Part shown: piece by piece, positions 14,009 through 29,619 of the stretch
Position numbering within the stretch: the first letter of the stretch is position 1
Layout: each line of letters starts with the position of its first letter
Assembly (NCBI RefSeq): GCF_009914755.1
Contig: NC_060936.1
DNA: 64,000 nucleotides
Source: the human T2T-CHM13v2.0 reference genome, Homo sapiens
Direction: 5' to 3' (one strand)
Made by a program: the position numbers and the translations under genes
The notes under the pieces: generated by a model
The model's database searches: none
What the model saw: only the letters and a program-made list of their open reading frames with translations
Told to the model about the DNA's origin: nothing

Positions 14009-15681
14009 CTAAAGGGGAGAAGGTGGCACAGGAATTGCACTGGGAGACAATTCAGAACCCTTGTTTTTTTCCTACCAGGGAGGGGCACCCCATCAGGCTG
14101 AGCAGCTTCCCTGGAAACCCTCTGTACGTGCTCATCCCAGTGCCTGGTATCATGCCTTGGTGAAGCCCCTTATACAGTTAGTAGTGGCGTCAAGAGCAGG
14201 TTTGGGTAAGGGAGGGGGACACTGAGGTTTGCAGGTACTTCCTCTGGCACCCACTGGGATGATTTCTCTAGAATCCATGTCATGCACTATCACCAAAACT
14301 TAAGATCTGGTGTACAGTGGGTAAATTCTAATGATGCCCCACCCCTCTCCGCTCTGGAATCTCATGGAAGATAATCTAGATCTGTGGTCAGAAGAGGGCT
14401 CAGGGCTCAACTCTGTCCCTTCCAAGTCAGTGTCACTCTGAGCAGCCCCCTTAACCTCTGCACCTCATTTTCTCACAATAACCGCTGCTTTCCTCATATG
14501 GAGGTGGCTGGAAGGGCCTAATGAGAGTCCAGGCACTTGTACAGAGTCAAGTCTAAGAGGCAAGGAATGACGGTCACTGCCCCTGCCTGTGGTTCTGAGC
14601 TGTTGCTGGCCTGAGGATGCAGCCATTGTCTATAATTCACCTGCTCTTTCACTCGCAAATATTTACAGGGTGCCTACTCTATGCCAGGCGCAGGGCCGAA
14701 GGAGGTGAAAATCTGGTGGCTATATGGCAGCAACCTCAGATGGGGGAGAATATTGCCCTGCCTGAAGCAGGCAGTGTATTCTGCTGCCAGAGGCACCCAG
14801 GGAGCACTGGAGCACTGGGGAAAGGAACAGAAAGAAGCTGGGCCGTGTGATTCTAAGGGAGTCCCTCCACCTCTCCGAACTACAGAGAGCCTGATGTTAG
14901 TCAAGGTCTCCCAGCTCAAACCTTTGGGTCTAGGACCCTTCTGTCTCTGGCCTCCATTCTGAGTTAGGGGACAAGGATTCTGGGGTCACTCACCTTCTTC
15001 AAGGCCACAAATTCATTCTCAGCAGTGGCCCTTAGTGCCACCTCTTCTTCATACCTGGGGACAAAACACACAAGGCTCAGATCTGGGGAGGAAAAAAAAT
15101 GGGAATGAAGGCACAGGCAAACACATTCCGGGAACTGGATCTTTTGGAGGTGGTCACAAGAATCAAAAAAGTGTTGGACTGAAGGGAACTTGTCCATCCC
15201 TTTCTTCTGGGCATTCAAACCAACCCATGTTACTCAAAGCTCTTTCTATTTCAGGGACTTTCATTCCTGATGTGGGTCAGGGTGGGGGCCCTGCACATTT
15301 TCGAAGACCTCCTCTCTGTTTCTGGGCTGTAACTCCTTTGGGGCAGGAACCCTGCCCAGTTCTGGTACCTCTCCTTTCTCCTCCTTCTTACTTCCTTACT
15401 CCTTTCCCACTCAGAGCCCAACATAGCACCTACAACATTGAGTAGATGCTCAATAAAATGTTTGATGAATTAATGAAATAAACATAATGATGAAGTAGCT
15501 GGAGCAGTTCAGAATCTCCAATGTTTAAACTCCCAGTCTAGAAAAGAAATTCCCCCCACCCCACAGGATTATTGTACTATTTTCTTCCTGTTGGGAAGTT
15601 CCTCTTATGGTCGAACCCAAATCTATCATACTTTGACTTAATCCCATTTAATTTCTCCAAACCCTCCTCCCACTGCACTTA

Positions 15682-16059
<378 letters not shown>

Positions 16060-17717
16060 TCATAATTGCTTATTCAGGGCTAAGTGAGGGTCTGTCCAGG
16101 TGGGCCTGGATGGGATGAGCGACAGACTGAGAGGCCTGTGGGCTGTGCTGGGTTACTGTCAGGCTAGCGGCGGACAGATGGGGGTAGGGGGTAGTGACAA
16201 TTAGGGAAGACTTCCTGGAGGAAAGGAATGTAGAGCAGTGTTGGGAGGGATAGAGTAGGGAGAATGCCTCTCACTATAAGCTCCCTCAGGGCAGGGCCTA
16301 TGGCTTATTTATTGATGTCCTCATAGCCAGCCCTTGGCTTGGTGAACATTTGATTGAACAGATGGTCAAGGTGGGAAGGGCTTCCTAGCTGGGGAGGTCA
16401 TAGAGGCTAGGCTCTTACCAAGCAGGACGCCTGGGGCCTGAAGAGGCATTGGGGAGTGTGGGGCATGGTCCTAGGTGGCCTAAATTCTTATGTTGGACAC
16501 TGTGTCATATGTCTCTGGGGGCCAGACATATGTAATGTGAATGGGGGGAGGTTTTGGAAAACAGAGAGGGTGAGGACCCTAGGGAAGTGAGGCTTGTACG
16601 CTTTTCCTGGATTTCACTGAAACTGGAGGAACACATGGCAACAATACATTGTGCTGGCCAGAAAGGATGTCAGCAAACAAACTAGGGCCCTTGGCTTCCA
16701 GTTTTCCACTTCTCGTACATTTGAGCTGGAGCTGAGATGTCTCCTTGCCTTTAAGCCCTGGGGTCCTTTTCATCCAACTCCATGAGTGCAGCTGGGAATT
16801 CCCAGGTTGGAACTTGCAGACATGGGGAGTGGGGACTGCTGATATTACATGGCATAATTTCAGGTGGTCTTGGCTATGGGGTCTCATGGCTGCCTTGGGC
16901 CCCATTTTCCCTTTCAGAGTCATGGCCAGCTCACACACTGCACCACACACAGCCCTGGTGAGGAAGCCACTGGGGTGGAGAAGGGAAGCCTCTGCCCAGT
17001 GCCACACAATGCGTCAGTAGAGGAACTTAACTGAGCATGGAGGCCAGGTGGCCTGCTCCTGGGCCAGTGTCCATTCCACGAGCCGCTCCTGGGTCACCTC
17101 TCCAGCGTGCAGTGCCTGTTGAGGTGAACCAGCCCCTTCTAGAGGGAGTGGGGCAGCTGGGATCCCAAGCTGTGGACCTTCTAGCCCAGGGGCTGGAGAG
17201 TTGGAGAGGGCCTGGGCTTGGAACCCTGTTCTGGCACCCACTCTCTGTGGGCCCTTGGGCCAGCCCCTCACCCTCTCTCTGCCTCCTTTCTCTTCTGTGT
17301 ACACCCAAGGCTGACTTCAGGATTTTGCCATCCCATATACTATTTTACTCCTAATTTATCTATAAGTGGATTCAATTAACATTTACACGTATGGGGTTAA
17401 AAGAGTAACTTCATATGGCCACCAGAGATGCAAAACCATCATTACTAGGCATACATAAAGGGAAATTACAGAACATTAAATTCTAGTAGAAACAGTTGTC
17501 CTAGACAGTTCTGAAGCCGGGGCTTGCTCTCTTTATTAGAAGCAGGAGGGAAGCAAGTATTAGAGAGATGCTAAAAACATTAGCATCCAGTGATATTTTT
17601 TTCCCACCTAATCTTAAGGATTGAAACAGACATTAAAGAAGATGTATTTTCTTACCACGTGTTTCAATGTTATTTAATATTATGGGCCGGCACCGCCTAA
17701 CATTATATAAAATATCA

Positions 17718-18600
<883 letters not shown>

Positions 18601-19780
18601 TCGAGAGTGTGGGGCCTCTGAAGTCAGTCCCGCAGGTTCATGTCATGACCTTGGGCAGCTGAATAACCTTTCTGAGCCTCAGTTTTCTCACAGGCAAAAT
18701 AGCGATAATAATAGTAAGCACTGAGAGCCGTTGCCAGGATCTAATGAGATAATGACCAGAAAGCATTTAGGGCCCTACCTATCACTTAATAAGAACTGTG
18801 TAAATGTTTATTTATTCATTATTTGTTCTATTTATTCTATTGTTAATTTATCATTCATCCTGTGTCCCTTTGGGCAAAAACTTTCTCTTCTCTTCTATCT
18901 CAGGACTCAGCTCATACCTCCTCTTCTCGTAAGCGTCCCTCCTTCCTGTACCCCTCTCCACTCTGCTTGGGCGAGGGGAAGGGAGTTTTATTCATGGAGT
19001 GCCCGCAATGTGCCTAGTACTGTGCTGAGGCCTTTTTATACCATATTATTTCCTCTAGCTCCCAGGGCGTCCTTCTGAGTTTGGTATTATTGTGCCCATT
19101 TACCTGATTGGGAAGGTGAGCTCAGGGTGGTCCAGTGACTTGTTTAAGGTCATGCATAGAAGGATCCATAGAGGGGCAGAGTTGGAATCTGAAAGGCCAC
19201 CCCTCCTCCAAGCCCTCCTCCACAATGGTCTCACCCAGGGTCTGAATCTTTGGGGGCTGAGTGAGGGTTGAGTTCTTGTTGGCGGCAGGAGCACAGACTG
19301 CTGCTGGGCTTTGGGCCCTTGGAGAAATCGGCCTGATCCAAGGCCTTCCCCTCAACTGAGGCTTGGTCATGGCCACCAACTCTAGAAGGCCATAATCCAT
19401 TATAAAGGAAGTTAATTATGTGTCCAATTATTGGCAGAGGAAACCAGGAGTGTGCACTCAGCAGCCAGCATTAAAGAGAAGCATGCAAATCACCCTCGGC
19501 TTCCTTTGCTTTTAAATATGAGTTATTATTGTGAAAGCAGTAATTAAATCTTAGAACTCCAGAGGTCACCACAGCCAGTCCTGGCTTTGAGCTGCCTGGC
19601 ATCGCATTTCCTCTTACCCCTTTTCCTGTCTTTTCTGCACTCTCATGGGCTTGGATTCCTTTGGCCCAGCCTTGGTCTGTTTTGTAGCAGTTTAAGGCCA
19701 ACCTTCATTCAGTCCTCTGTAGAAGTTGGAGCCCAACCCCACAGGCTTGTGCCCCTGCCCCGGCTTCAGCTGGGAGTCAG

Positions 19781-20346
19781 TGTAAGAATTAAAGAAAGAC
19801 GAAAGAAACATGAAAGGTGGCTTGCCAGTCAAGACAGGTTTATTTTAGAGAAAACAAACCTAAGAGGGGTGTCTGGCCGAGTTAGGTCAGAGGCACATCT
19901 CTTACAGACTAAGAGTTTTTTTTTAAGGATTCAGGGTGGGAGAGTTTAGAAGAGGCTTGGACTGCTTCTGTGTCTTTGTTGTGCTTATCTGGGAGGGAGA
20001 AGTGTGTGTCTGTTCCCATACATCTTTCTGCAGCTTCAGGCATATCCCCCGAGTCTGCTTTTAGCTTCTCTATCTTAGTGCACCTGAAGGGAAAGGAACG
20101 TGCTTATTAAGGCCCACTGTTTTACTGGGGCCCATTGTATGAGGGTGAAGTTTGGCGGTTACCCACAAGACTTTCCTCCTACTTCCCTCTGTGCCCAAGC
20201 TGTCTTATCTGTGTTTTACTGCCCGCTCTTTCTGTCTGCTTGTAGTTAGAAGAGAAGTGATTTCCTTGAAATGCATGAGGCTAGAAAGGGAGCTGGAACT
20301 TAAAGTGGTGGTGTTTGTCCGAGATGACAGTGCTCCTGCTGTGTCA
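19781..20346 (-). mobile_element. Solo ERV1-class LTR (MER61-like)
   Basis: TG...CA termini; minus strand begins TGACACAGCAGGAGCACTGTCATCTCGGACAAACACC and has AATAAA near its 3' end; subfamily from memory. Confidence 0.65.
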
Positions 20347-22328
20347 GTCACCAGCTGTGTGACTAATGCTTGGCTTCAGGATTATGTATTTCGATTCCAA
20401 TTTTCTTTTGAGAATAAGTAGTATTGGAGGAGTGTTCCCTTGGTGTCTCCTGGACGAGAGGATTTGGACTTACCCTGGAGCATGGAAGATTTAAATTAGA
20501 CTTGTGGAGGCACTTACATGATTCTTGCTTGGACCCCTTTCTGGGTTCTGGTGGGTGGATAGACTGGACTTTCTATGCTATTACAATCAATGAGGATGTT
20601 AATAATCAGCCTTTGTCCACACAGATAATTATGTGCATTTAAAATCCAGAGAAACAGAAGATCTGCAGGCTGCATTGTTCCCGCTAAGAAAACAATGTGA
20701 AGGGGCTGGAATGGAGAGGTTTGACATCTGGATCACAGTGGTCTTCCACAATGTTAATGCTAATCCCTGGCCCAGCCTCAGGGAAACATGATCCCTCGTG
20801 GTCTGTTTATTATTCTTGGAACTCAGGGGAGAGAAACAGGCTGAAACCTGAGAAATTTCAGAAACAATTAAGGACATACTTCTTCATAGAGAGGGTTGGT
20901 TGTCACAAGTGCCAGGGAAGAGGAGGGCTTCTTCATCATCAGCCAGATCTTCTAGAAAACATCCCCCCGCCCCTTTTATCACCAATATACCAGTCTATCA
21001 GTGAAAACCTAATGTCCTGTTTGGGTTATCATGCCTCTTCTTTAACCTCCCAGTGGGTCCCAGGGGCTAGTTCAAGGCAGGAAGCAAACATCTACTGAAT
21101 ACCATCAGGAACCAGGCTCAGAGCATGAAGGAGAGACTGGAGTCCTCAGGCAGTGCAGGCATGCATACAGAGGACCCTAGTGCAAAGCTGAAGGGGGTCT
21201 GGCTATAGTGGAGCAACACCATGCCATGGGAGCTTGGGACCAAGGGTCAGAGCAGGGTTCTTGGAGATGACACTTTGGTTTGGCCTGAAGAAGGTGAGGA
21301 CTTGGAAATGCTGAGATGAGAGAGGGGAGGATTCAGGCAGAGTGAATGGTGTAAGCAAAGACACAAAGCAAGGGAGGCCAGAGGATGTGAAGGGAATAGT
21401 GGGTCATCTGCTTTGGCTGAAAAATAGGGTTTGATGAGAGCAGGGGGAAGGAGGCTGGCTGAGGCCACATGGTGAATATGGTGGATGGGCAGGATAGGCT
21501 CAGAATATCAAGCGAAGTGCTGGAGGTGCTTGACCTGCAGAGGGCCATGCTCAGAGGTGTGTGAGTGAACGGAACATGGGGATAGTACACAGAGAGTGTA
21601 TATGTGTAAAAGTGTGTGTGTGTGCGCACGAGCATGTGTGTTCTTCTGGTAACTTTGTTTTGAAACATCTTGAACACCAGTGTGTCCATTTCAGAAATAC
21701 ATTTCTTCCTTCTTTATGGTATAGTGATCAAAAGTGTCTCTGGAATCAGACACGCCTGGGCTCTGCCACTTACAATGTGGGTGAAAACTTGCACATAACC
21801 CCGTTGAGTCTCTGTTTCTTTTGTGTCTAGAATTGAGGTAATATAACTTGCCAGGGACATGGCAAGGATCAGGTGAGGTGTATGTAAAGCACTAGCATGC
21901 TGCCTGCTGTATAGTAAGTGGTCTGTACATTCTAGCCACTGTTGAGTGCTGTTGTTATTTCACTGTCCTGGTCACCATCCAGAGCCCCCCAGCCCCCTGC
22001 CCTGCTCTTTCAGGTCTGGGGGCTGTGGCCTCCTCCACGCTGTTGCTCTCCTGGCTGGGGACCCCCACTCCCATGCCTCAGTTAGGCTCCTGTGGACCTG
22101 TCTCAAAGCTGATGGGACAGGCTTTCTTGAAGGGTATCTCTGATAAAGAGGGAGCCTTTGCAAGAGACTGGAGAGTGTGGCCCTGTGCTTCTGGTGGAGT
22201 TGTGGGAGACACCGTTGGGTGGGGGTGAGGAATCTTAAAGGCACATGGGAAGGAAGGGAGGTGGGTGGGCAGGCAGAGGGATCCAGATACTTCGAACCCT
22301 CAACCAGATGCTTACACACATCCACCCA

Positions 22329-22820
22329 TGCGGGGGTCTGTCTGGCAGACCCTGACCCAATGATGGATGAATAACATGCACCAACGCAGATATTATGCTT
22401 GTCAGTCCAGCTGAGAGTCCGGGCCACTTACAGACTCCCTGGAGAGTGCGGTAAACAGTTGTGACCATGGCCTCGACTAGCCAGTGAGACTCGCATTTAT
22501 TCAGTAAAGATTAATTGACAAAGTCTTGAGTCAATGCCACTAGAGGGTAATTGACCTTGTGGACCTCCCGAGTAGAAAGTAATTAAGCACCCACTGTAGA
22601 TCAAAGGTTAGTCTTAGGACTACATGAGTAAACAAGCTAGTTAGATAAACTCTCCCACATTCCTTTGTATCTACTTTTAATCTATTTAACTGAAGGAAAA
22701 GGGACTAGGCTGCCTTCAGCCAGATCTATTACTGAAGTTATGCCAACTGTCAGGCCTTCCAAGAGGCTTTGTGGCTATTATAACTAAAATTTTTCCCATC
22801 AGCCTGACTGAACCCCCACA
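22329..22820 (-). mobile_element. Solo LTR, LTR22-like (HERV-K22/HML-5)
   Basis: Minus strand TGTGGGGGTTCAGTCAGGCTGATGGGAAAAATTTTAG...CAGACCCCCGCA; 6-bp near-TSD CACCCA/TACCCA; internal AATAAA. Confidence 0.72.
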
Positions 22821-23415
22821 TACCCACTTCATGGCTCCTATGGCAAGAAGAGCTGAACAAAACTGTTTTGGTTGTATGGTTGACTCTTCCATGTCTTGGT
22901 AGAGGTAGACACAATCTCCTACTGGCCATGCCAGGAGTCAGGTGTCACAGGCTGCCTTTAGGACTCAGCCCTAGGGCCCTTCCTGGGGAGCCCCTGGAAG
23001 TCTCTTCCACTTGAAGGAGCCAGGGCTTACCACCCGGAGTGAGGATGGCCTGTCCTTTGTCCCTGGTTGCAGCTCATCTGATGGCCCAAACTGAAAAACT
23101 GTGAGGTTGTGAGCTCAGCTAACCACCTGAAAGGAAGTGTCCCAACCTGGCTTCCCCCTGGCTCCACAATTACTTCACAAAGTGTGGAGTCCACAGGTTT
23201 TGGCTGACCTTGACTCCTGGACACCATCAGCCCTCAGCTGTGGAAGAAATGCTGCCAACGTTTCAGAATTGCCTGAGTGTAGGATTTTCCAAAGCCCCAT
23301 ATTGATGATGTTACCCCAGGAGGGAGGAGAAATGACTGTGAAATTTCCCAAGCTCATAAAAGTGACAATATGGCCTCTCCACATGGGGAGGCAGACAGAC
23401 CCAGGTGCCTGGGTT

Positions 23416-23422
23416 TATAAAA
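23416..23422 (+). promoter_or_regulatory. TATA box of KRT88P
   Basis: TATAAAA 79 bp upstream of GCCATG at 23495. Confidence 0.65.
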
Positions 23423-23996
23423 GGTGCTAGCAGTGAGGGAAAGGTCAGAGTCCTCTTCTTCCTCTGGCTTCATGTCCTCCAGCAGAGAGTCGCCATGACT
23501 TGTAGATTGTCTTGCCTAGGCTCCCGAGCGGAGTCTGCAAATCCAGGTCCTGTGCAGCCACTCAGAGATATGGTTATGACCCCACCCTCAGCTGCATCTT
23601 GCCCTCCGGGCCCTGGTCTGGTGGCTGCTGCATCACGGCAAGCCCCTGCTACCATGGCCTCACTGGGGGCTTTGGCACTGGTTCCTGTGGACACAGATTC
23701 AGCTACCACTCTGGCAGCACATGCGGGCCCAGCACTGCCTGTAACACCATTGTGTTGATCAATGAGAGCCTCCTCATGCCCCTCAACCTGGAGATTGCAC
23801 AGTGCATAAAGCAGGAGGAGGAGAAGATCAAGTGCCTCAACAGCAGGTTTACTGCCTTCCTCCACAAGGTGGGTGTCCTGGATCACACCCTTCCTGAACC
23901 CCCACCATGTGCACAACCAGGACTGGGCACTGAGGAAAGAATCAGAGGCAGGCAAGACCCTGCGTGCCTGAGGTCCCAGTCTGATGGGAGAGGCAC

Positions 23997-24036
<40 letters not shown>
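23997..24036 (+). repeat. (ACAG)10 tetranucleotide microsatellite in KRT88P intron 1
   Basis: Perfect ACAG run; the paralogous site in KRT86 (about 62334-62382) and KRT81 is an interrupted AC/ACAG tract. Confidence 0.9.
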
Positions 24037-24037
<1 letters not shown>

Positions 24038-24624
24038 GGCACCCAAGGCCCAGAAATACTCTGACAGTTCAGATACGGAGAGCTTGTGGAGGAAAGATGC
24101 CAAATTTCAAAATTTCAATGAATTTAGTTTAAAGATCTTAGTTGGATTTTATATGCAATTTTAGAATTGGGCAGCCCTTAGAACTGATCAGAGGAACTCT
24201 GGCTGCACTGCGGTCCCACAATACTTATGGACAGAAAGCAGAAAGTGACACATGGAAAACAGAAGTAACAGCTGGATTGTTTGCAGCTGGTGTTTGTGAA
24301 CATTTGGCTGCCTGTGATTGACTGAAGCTCAGTTACTGTGATTGGCTGAGACTCAGCTATTTGTTACAAAGGAAAATTCTGAAGTTAGGTTTGTAAGGGA
24401 TAATTGGAAGGACAGCCGAGAAAGGAATAAGGCCAATAGACCCAAGTTCAGGCAAGCTGATTTACTGTCAGTCCTGCCGGGCTACCTCCTGACAAAAGCA
24501 GAGGAGGCAGCCCTGCTTATAGGCTATTGCAAGGTTTTATAGGGCATGTATTCCTAATTCCAACTAGGAATGTTGGAATTAGCAGTTTCTGGCCAAGGAT
24601 CTGAGGTACAGTTATTATAGGTTA

Positions 24625-25175
<551 letters not shown>

Positions 25176-25717
25176 TCATTTATTTTCTACTCCCCTAAAC
25201 TCTGACATAACTAAATGCTGCAAGGTTTTAATGCATTATGCCAAAGTATATTTTCACCAGGTAAAGGAAGCTTTTCAAGATCTATCAACTGAGGACAATC
25301 AAACCCTTCACAATCTAGAATGCAGAGATCAGGTCATCTGGAGACGATATCTGAGAAAGACTGCCATTGAGCCCCATTGGAGGGGGCCATATCAAGTTCT
25401 TCTCATCACCCACTCTTCAGCAAAACTTCAGGGCCTTGGACCTTCGGTCTACATCTCGCAACTCAAAAGGGTCCATTCAGACTCTTAGAACTGCACATCC
25501 ATTGGAGACCTTAAGATAAAGCCAAGCAGAGAAGTTTCTTCCCAGAAACAGACAGTATTCTAGATGTGGACAGCTTTCCCAAGACCATGGATCAAGACTT
25601 CTCTGCCGTCATGCAACTCTTACCTCTCTTAATTTTTTCCTTGCTTACGCCTTCCTCATTCACTTGGCAGGATAATGCTGTAATTCGAATTTCATAATCA
25701 GTAGCTTCTGAGAGTAA

Positions 25718-26024
25718 TTTTTTTTTTCTTTTTGAGACAGAGTCTCTATTGCCCAGGTTGGGGTGCAGTGGTGTGATCTTGGCTCACTGCAAACCTCTGT
25801 CTCCTGGGTTCAAGCAATTCTCATGCCTCAGCCTCCCAAGTAGCTGGGATTACTGGCATGCGCCAACACACTGGCTAATTTTTGTATTTTTTTTTTTTTT
25901 TTTTTGGTAGAGATGGGATTTCACCATGTTGGCCATGCTGGTCACAAACTCCTCACTGCAGGTGATCTGCCTGCCTCAGCCTCCCAAAGTGCTAAGATTA
26001 CAGGAGTAGGCCGCCATGCCCAAC
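25718..26024 (-). mobile_element. Alu SINE
   Basis: Antisense Alu; TSD CTTCTGAGAGTAA at 25705-25717 and 26025-26037. Confidence 0.94.
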
Positions 26025-28304
26025 CTTCTGAGAGTAACTTGACGGAGTGTTGTATCTGTCATGTCAAACTCAAATCTTTACATTACCTACAAAGTCCACC
26101 TATTGGCCAACTTCAGCAACATCCCTAATGCAACTATTTGTTCAAATTATAGCTATGTTCTCAACTTAAGTCACTGCCCCCACCTCTTGCAGGAGATCCA
26201 TGTTCTCCAATCCCACATCTCAGACACCTCTGTGGTTGTCAAGCTGGACAACAGCCAGGACCTGAACATGGACTGCATCATTGCCGAGATCAAGGCACAG
26301 TATGACGACATTGTCACCTGCAGCTGGGCCAAGGCTGAGTCTTGGTACCATGGCTGCCTGCCAGATGTGGCACCTGCCTGCTAGATGTGGCAGTTGGGAG
26401 GGCAGGATGTGAGATACCTATTAGATAGACTTATTTTGCCTGGGGATTCTGGATAGTAGGCCAATAGCTCTCAGGTTGGGGTGGCAGGGCAGGACTGCCA
26501 TGTGTGGTTGCACAGGCTGAGCACTGCACAACCTGCACAATCATCCCTAAAGGAAGGGATATCCCACACTGAGCCTCAGGAGCATCTCTGCTTCCCCCAT
26601 TTCGGGGAGATGAAGGCCACGGTGATCTGGCACGGGGAGACTGTGGGCTGCACCAAGGAGGAGATCAAGGAGCTGACCCACATGATCCAGAGGCTGATGG
26701 CCAAGGTGGAGAATGCCAAGTGCCAGGTATGGGGCATCTGTGCCCAAGGCCAGAGAGACTTATGGCTTAACCTTTGTCACACAGCCTATGTGTGCCCTAC
26801 GTGGATCTCAGCATTCATTCTCCAGTCCCTTTGTCCATGTAGAGTCCCTGGTTGTGGTCAGTCAGGGAGTGCCAGGATGATGAAGGCAAGAGGCCTGTTT
26901 CTGAGGTGCTCCCAGCTGAATGGCAGACTGGACATATCCAGGTAATGGACAGAGAGACCGTAACCTATCTTGTTCTCTTCTGGTCCCCCAGAACTCCAAG
27001 CTGGAGGTGGAGGTGACCCAGTCTGAGCAGCAGGGTGAGGTGGCCCTTAGCGATGACCGCTGCAAGCTGGTCGAGCTGGAGGGCACCATGCAGAAGGCCA
27101 GGCAGTACCAGGAGGTGATGAACTCCAAGCTGGGCCTCAATGTGAAGGCTGCCTCTTCTTGCCAACTTCTAGATGGTGAGGAGCAGAGGTGGGTGCAGCC
27201 TGCAGAGCTGGGCCCAGAGCTCATCTGCATAGACCTGCCCCACTTTTTAGCACCATCACTTACCCAGCCCTCACTACTACTTCTGTTTTCATCTTGGAAC
27301 CCTTTTAGGACCTCTACTGGTATTGAGCACAGTCCAAGGAGCGGAGTCTTAGTTGAGTCCACAGGCCGATTTCCAATAGGCTCCTTGCATGATCTATTAG
27401 GGACAATGGTTTGTCTCAGAGAACTTGTTCTCTGAGATAAACAATGCCCTAATTTATAACACTTACCGATTTCAGAGTTGTATATACTTCTGTCATGGCT
27501 GATTTCAGGCTGTTGCTGTGACTTCATGTAGAATTGGCTAGAAATGTGCACAATAGGCTCTTGTGAGCTGGTGGGAACTGGTTCAAGAACAACATTGGTT
27601 GGGGCTAGGATGGAATGGTGTCTCACACTGAAAGACAAATAGGAAGATATTTGTCTCTTCTCTTAGATGAAAAACCTGAGGCTTAGGGAGACTGTGGGGG
27701 TTGGGGAGTCCGCCTGGTGTGGAGTTATTGGGACAGTTGGAGAGTTCTTTTGTGTCCTGCTGCATTTTCACAGGCTCCACTTCCTGGGGGGATCTGGGAG
27801 AGCCTGGCACTTGTGTTGTTTTGGGACAGGGTTGGGACGATGCTGGGCCTTTGAGGGTGCTAGACCCAGGTCTTCCCTCCTCTCACTTTCTGGGAAGGGC
27901 TTGGGTGACCTCTTGGTTGACTGAGTTCAGAGCTGGTGACCACATGGTCTCTGGTGTCATTGTCAGGAATTAATGCCCAGTGCTAAAGCTGACCTTTTCT
28001 CTCCTGCACCAGGCTGTGTGATGGCATCAGTGCTGTGAATATCTGTGAGTAATTCTGGCCCTGAAGGGAGACTCTGAGGTTTGCCAGTGGGACGAATTTT
28101 TTAGCTCTGAGGGTGGAAATACCAAGGAAGTGGTTCCATTCATTTACAGCTGCACAGCTACAAAGAGGGAGCCAATTGACAAGTCTTGAGTGGAATCATT
28201 CCTTACGCCAGACTTGTCAGAGTGGCAGTCTTATTATCCTCACCATAGTGAAGGAACCAGAATGTGTCACCTCAAAATATGTATCTTTGACATAAATATA
28301 TATC

Positions 28305-28983
28305 TTTTCTTTGAGACAGGGTCTCACTCTGTCACCCAGGCTAGAGTGCAGTGGTGTGATCATGGCTCACTGCAGCCTTGACCTCCTGGGCTCAAGCCAT
28401 CCTCCCACCTCAGCCTCCTGAGTAGCTAGGTCTACAGGTGTGTACCACCACACCTGGCTAATTTTTTTCTATTTTTTTTCGTAGTGATAGTGTATTAGTC
28501 CGTTCTCTTGCTACTCTAAAGACATACGTAAGAGTAGGTAATTTATAAAGGAAAGAGGTTTAATCAACTCATAGTTCATCATGGCTGGGGAGGCCTCAGG
28601 AAACTTACAATCATGACAGAACGTGAAGGGGAAGCAAGGCACCTTTTTCACAAGGTGGCAGGAAGTAGAAGTGTCAGCAGGGGAGATGCCAGATGCTTAT
28701 AAAACCATCAGATCTCATGAGAACTCACTCATCTTCACGAGATCAGCATGTGGGAAACTGCCCCAGTGATCCAATCACTTCTCACCAGGTCCCTCCCATG
28801 ACATATAGAGATTATAGGAACTACAATTCAAGATGAGATTTGGGTGGGGACACAACCAAACCATATCAGATGGGGTTTTGCCATGTTGCCCAAGCTGGTC
28901 TTGAACTCCTGAGCTCAAGTGGCCCACCTGCCTTGGCCTTCGAAAGTGTTGAGATTACTGGTGTGAGCCACCGTGCCCAGCCT
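28305..28983 (-). mobile_element. Old Alu (AluJ-like) split by a MaLR LTR
   Basis: Antisense Alu arms at 28305-28490 and 28869-28983; GACATAAATAT on both flanks. Confidence 0.85.
28491..28868 (-). mobile_element. MaLR solo LTR (MST/THE1 type)
   Basis: TGTATTAGTCCGTTCTC...GAGATTTGGGTGGGGACACAACCAAACCATATCA; 5-bp near-TSD GATAG/GATGG. Confidence 0.88.
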
Positions 28984-29313
28984 GACATAAATATTTTATC
29001 AAGCTAAAGGCAATTAAGAAGATGCAGGGGAGTTCTCTGCTTTCCCTGTGTTTGCCTAAAAGCAGAACAGAGAATTACAAAGACAAAGGTCTTTCTATCC
29101 TCTCCGCTTTCCTGCCTAAAGCCAAGATGTAAATTCTCCTTACAACCATTATGAGCTTAGAGGTGGCGCCAGAGGAATGTGGGTAGACTTTACTCCATTA
29201 GTTTATCCATAAATTTACCTTCCCACCTTTTCTCACTTTTGGAAGCCTTAAACTGCTTTTCTTTGTCTTGTCATTTCTCTAAAATTGATTATTCCTTGTC
29301 GAAGATGAATATA

Positions 29314-29619
29314 CAGTTGGCCCTCTGAATCTGTGGATTCAACCAACTGCAGGTTGAAAATATTTGGAAAAAAACTGTACTGAACACGCACAGACTTTTT
29401 TTCTTTTCATGACTCCCTAAACAATACAACTATTCACATAGCATTTACATTGTATTAGATATTATAAGTAATCTAGAGATGATTTAAAGTATATGGGAGG
29501 ATGTGTATAGGTTAAATGCAAATACTATGCCATTTTATATAAGAGACATGAACATCTTCAGATTTTGATATTTGCAGGTGTCCTGGAACCAGTCCCCCAT
29601 GAGTATCGATGAATGACTA
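29314..29619 (-). mobile_element. MER2 (Tigger-family) DNA transposon fossil
   Basis: TA|CAGTTGGCCCTC...GCATTTACATTGTATTAG.TATTATAAGTAATCTAGAGATGATTTAAAGTATA...GGAACCAGTCCCCCATG...GACT. Confidence 0.8.

Noticed and set aside
26862-27638. 258-aa minus-strand ORF
   Set aside because: Antisense to KRT88P exon 7 plus intron; non-ATG start; no independent coding signal
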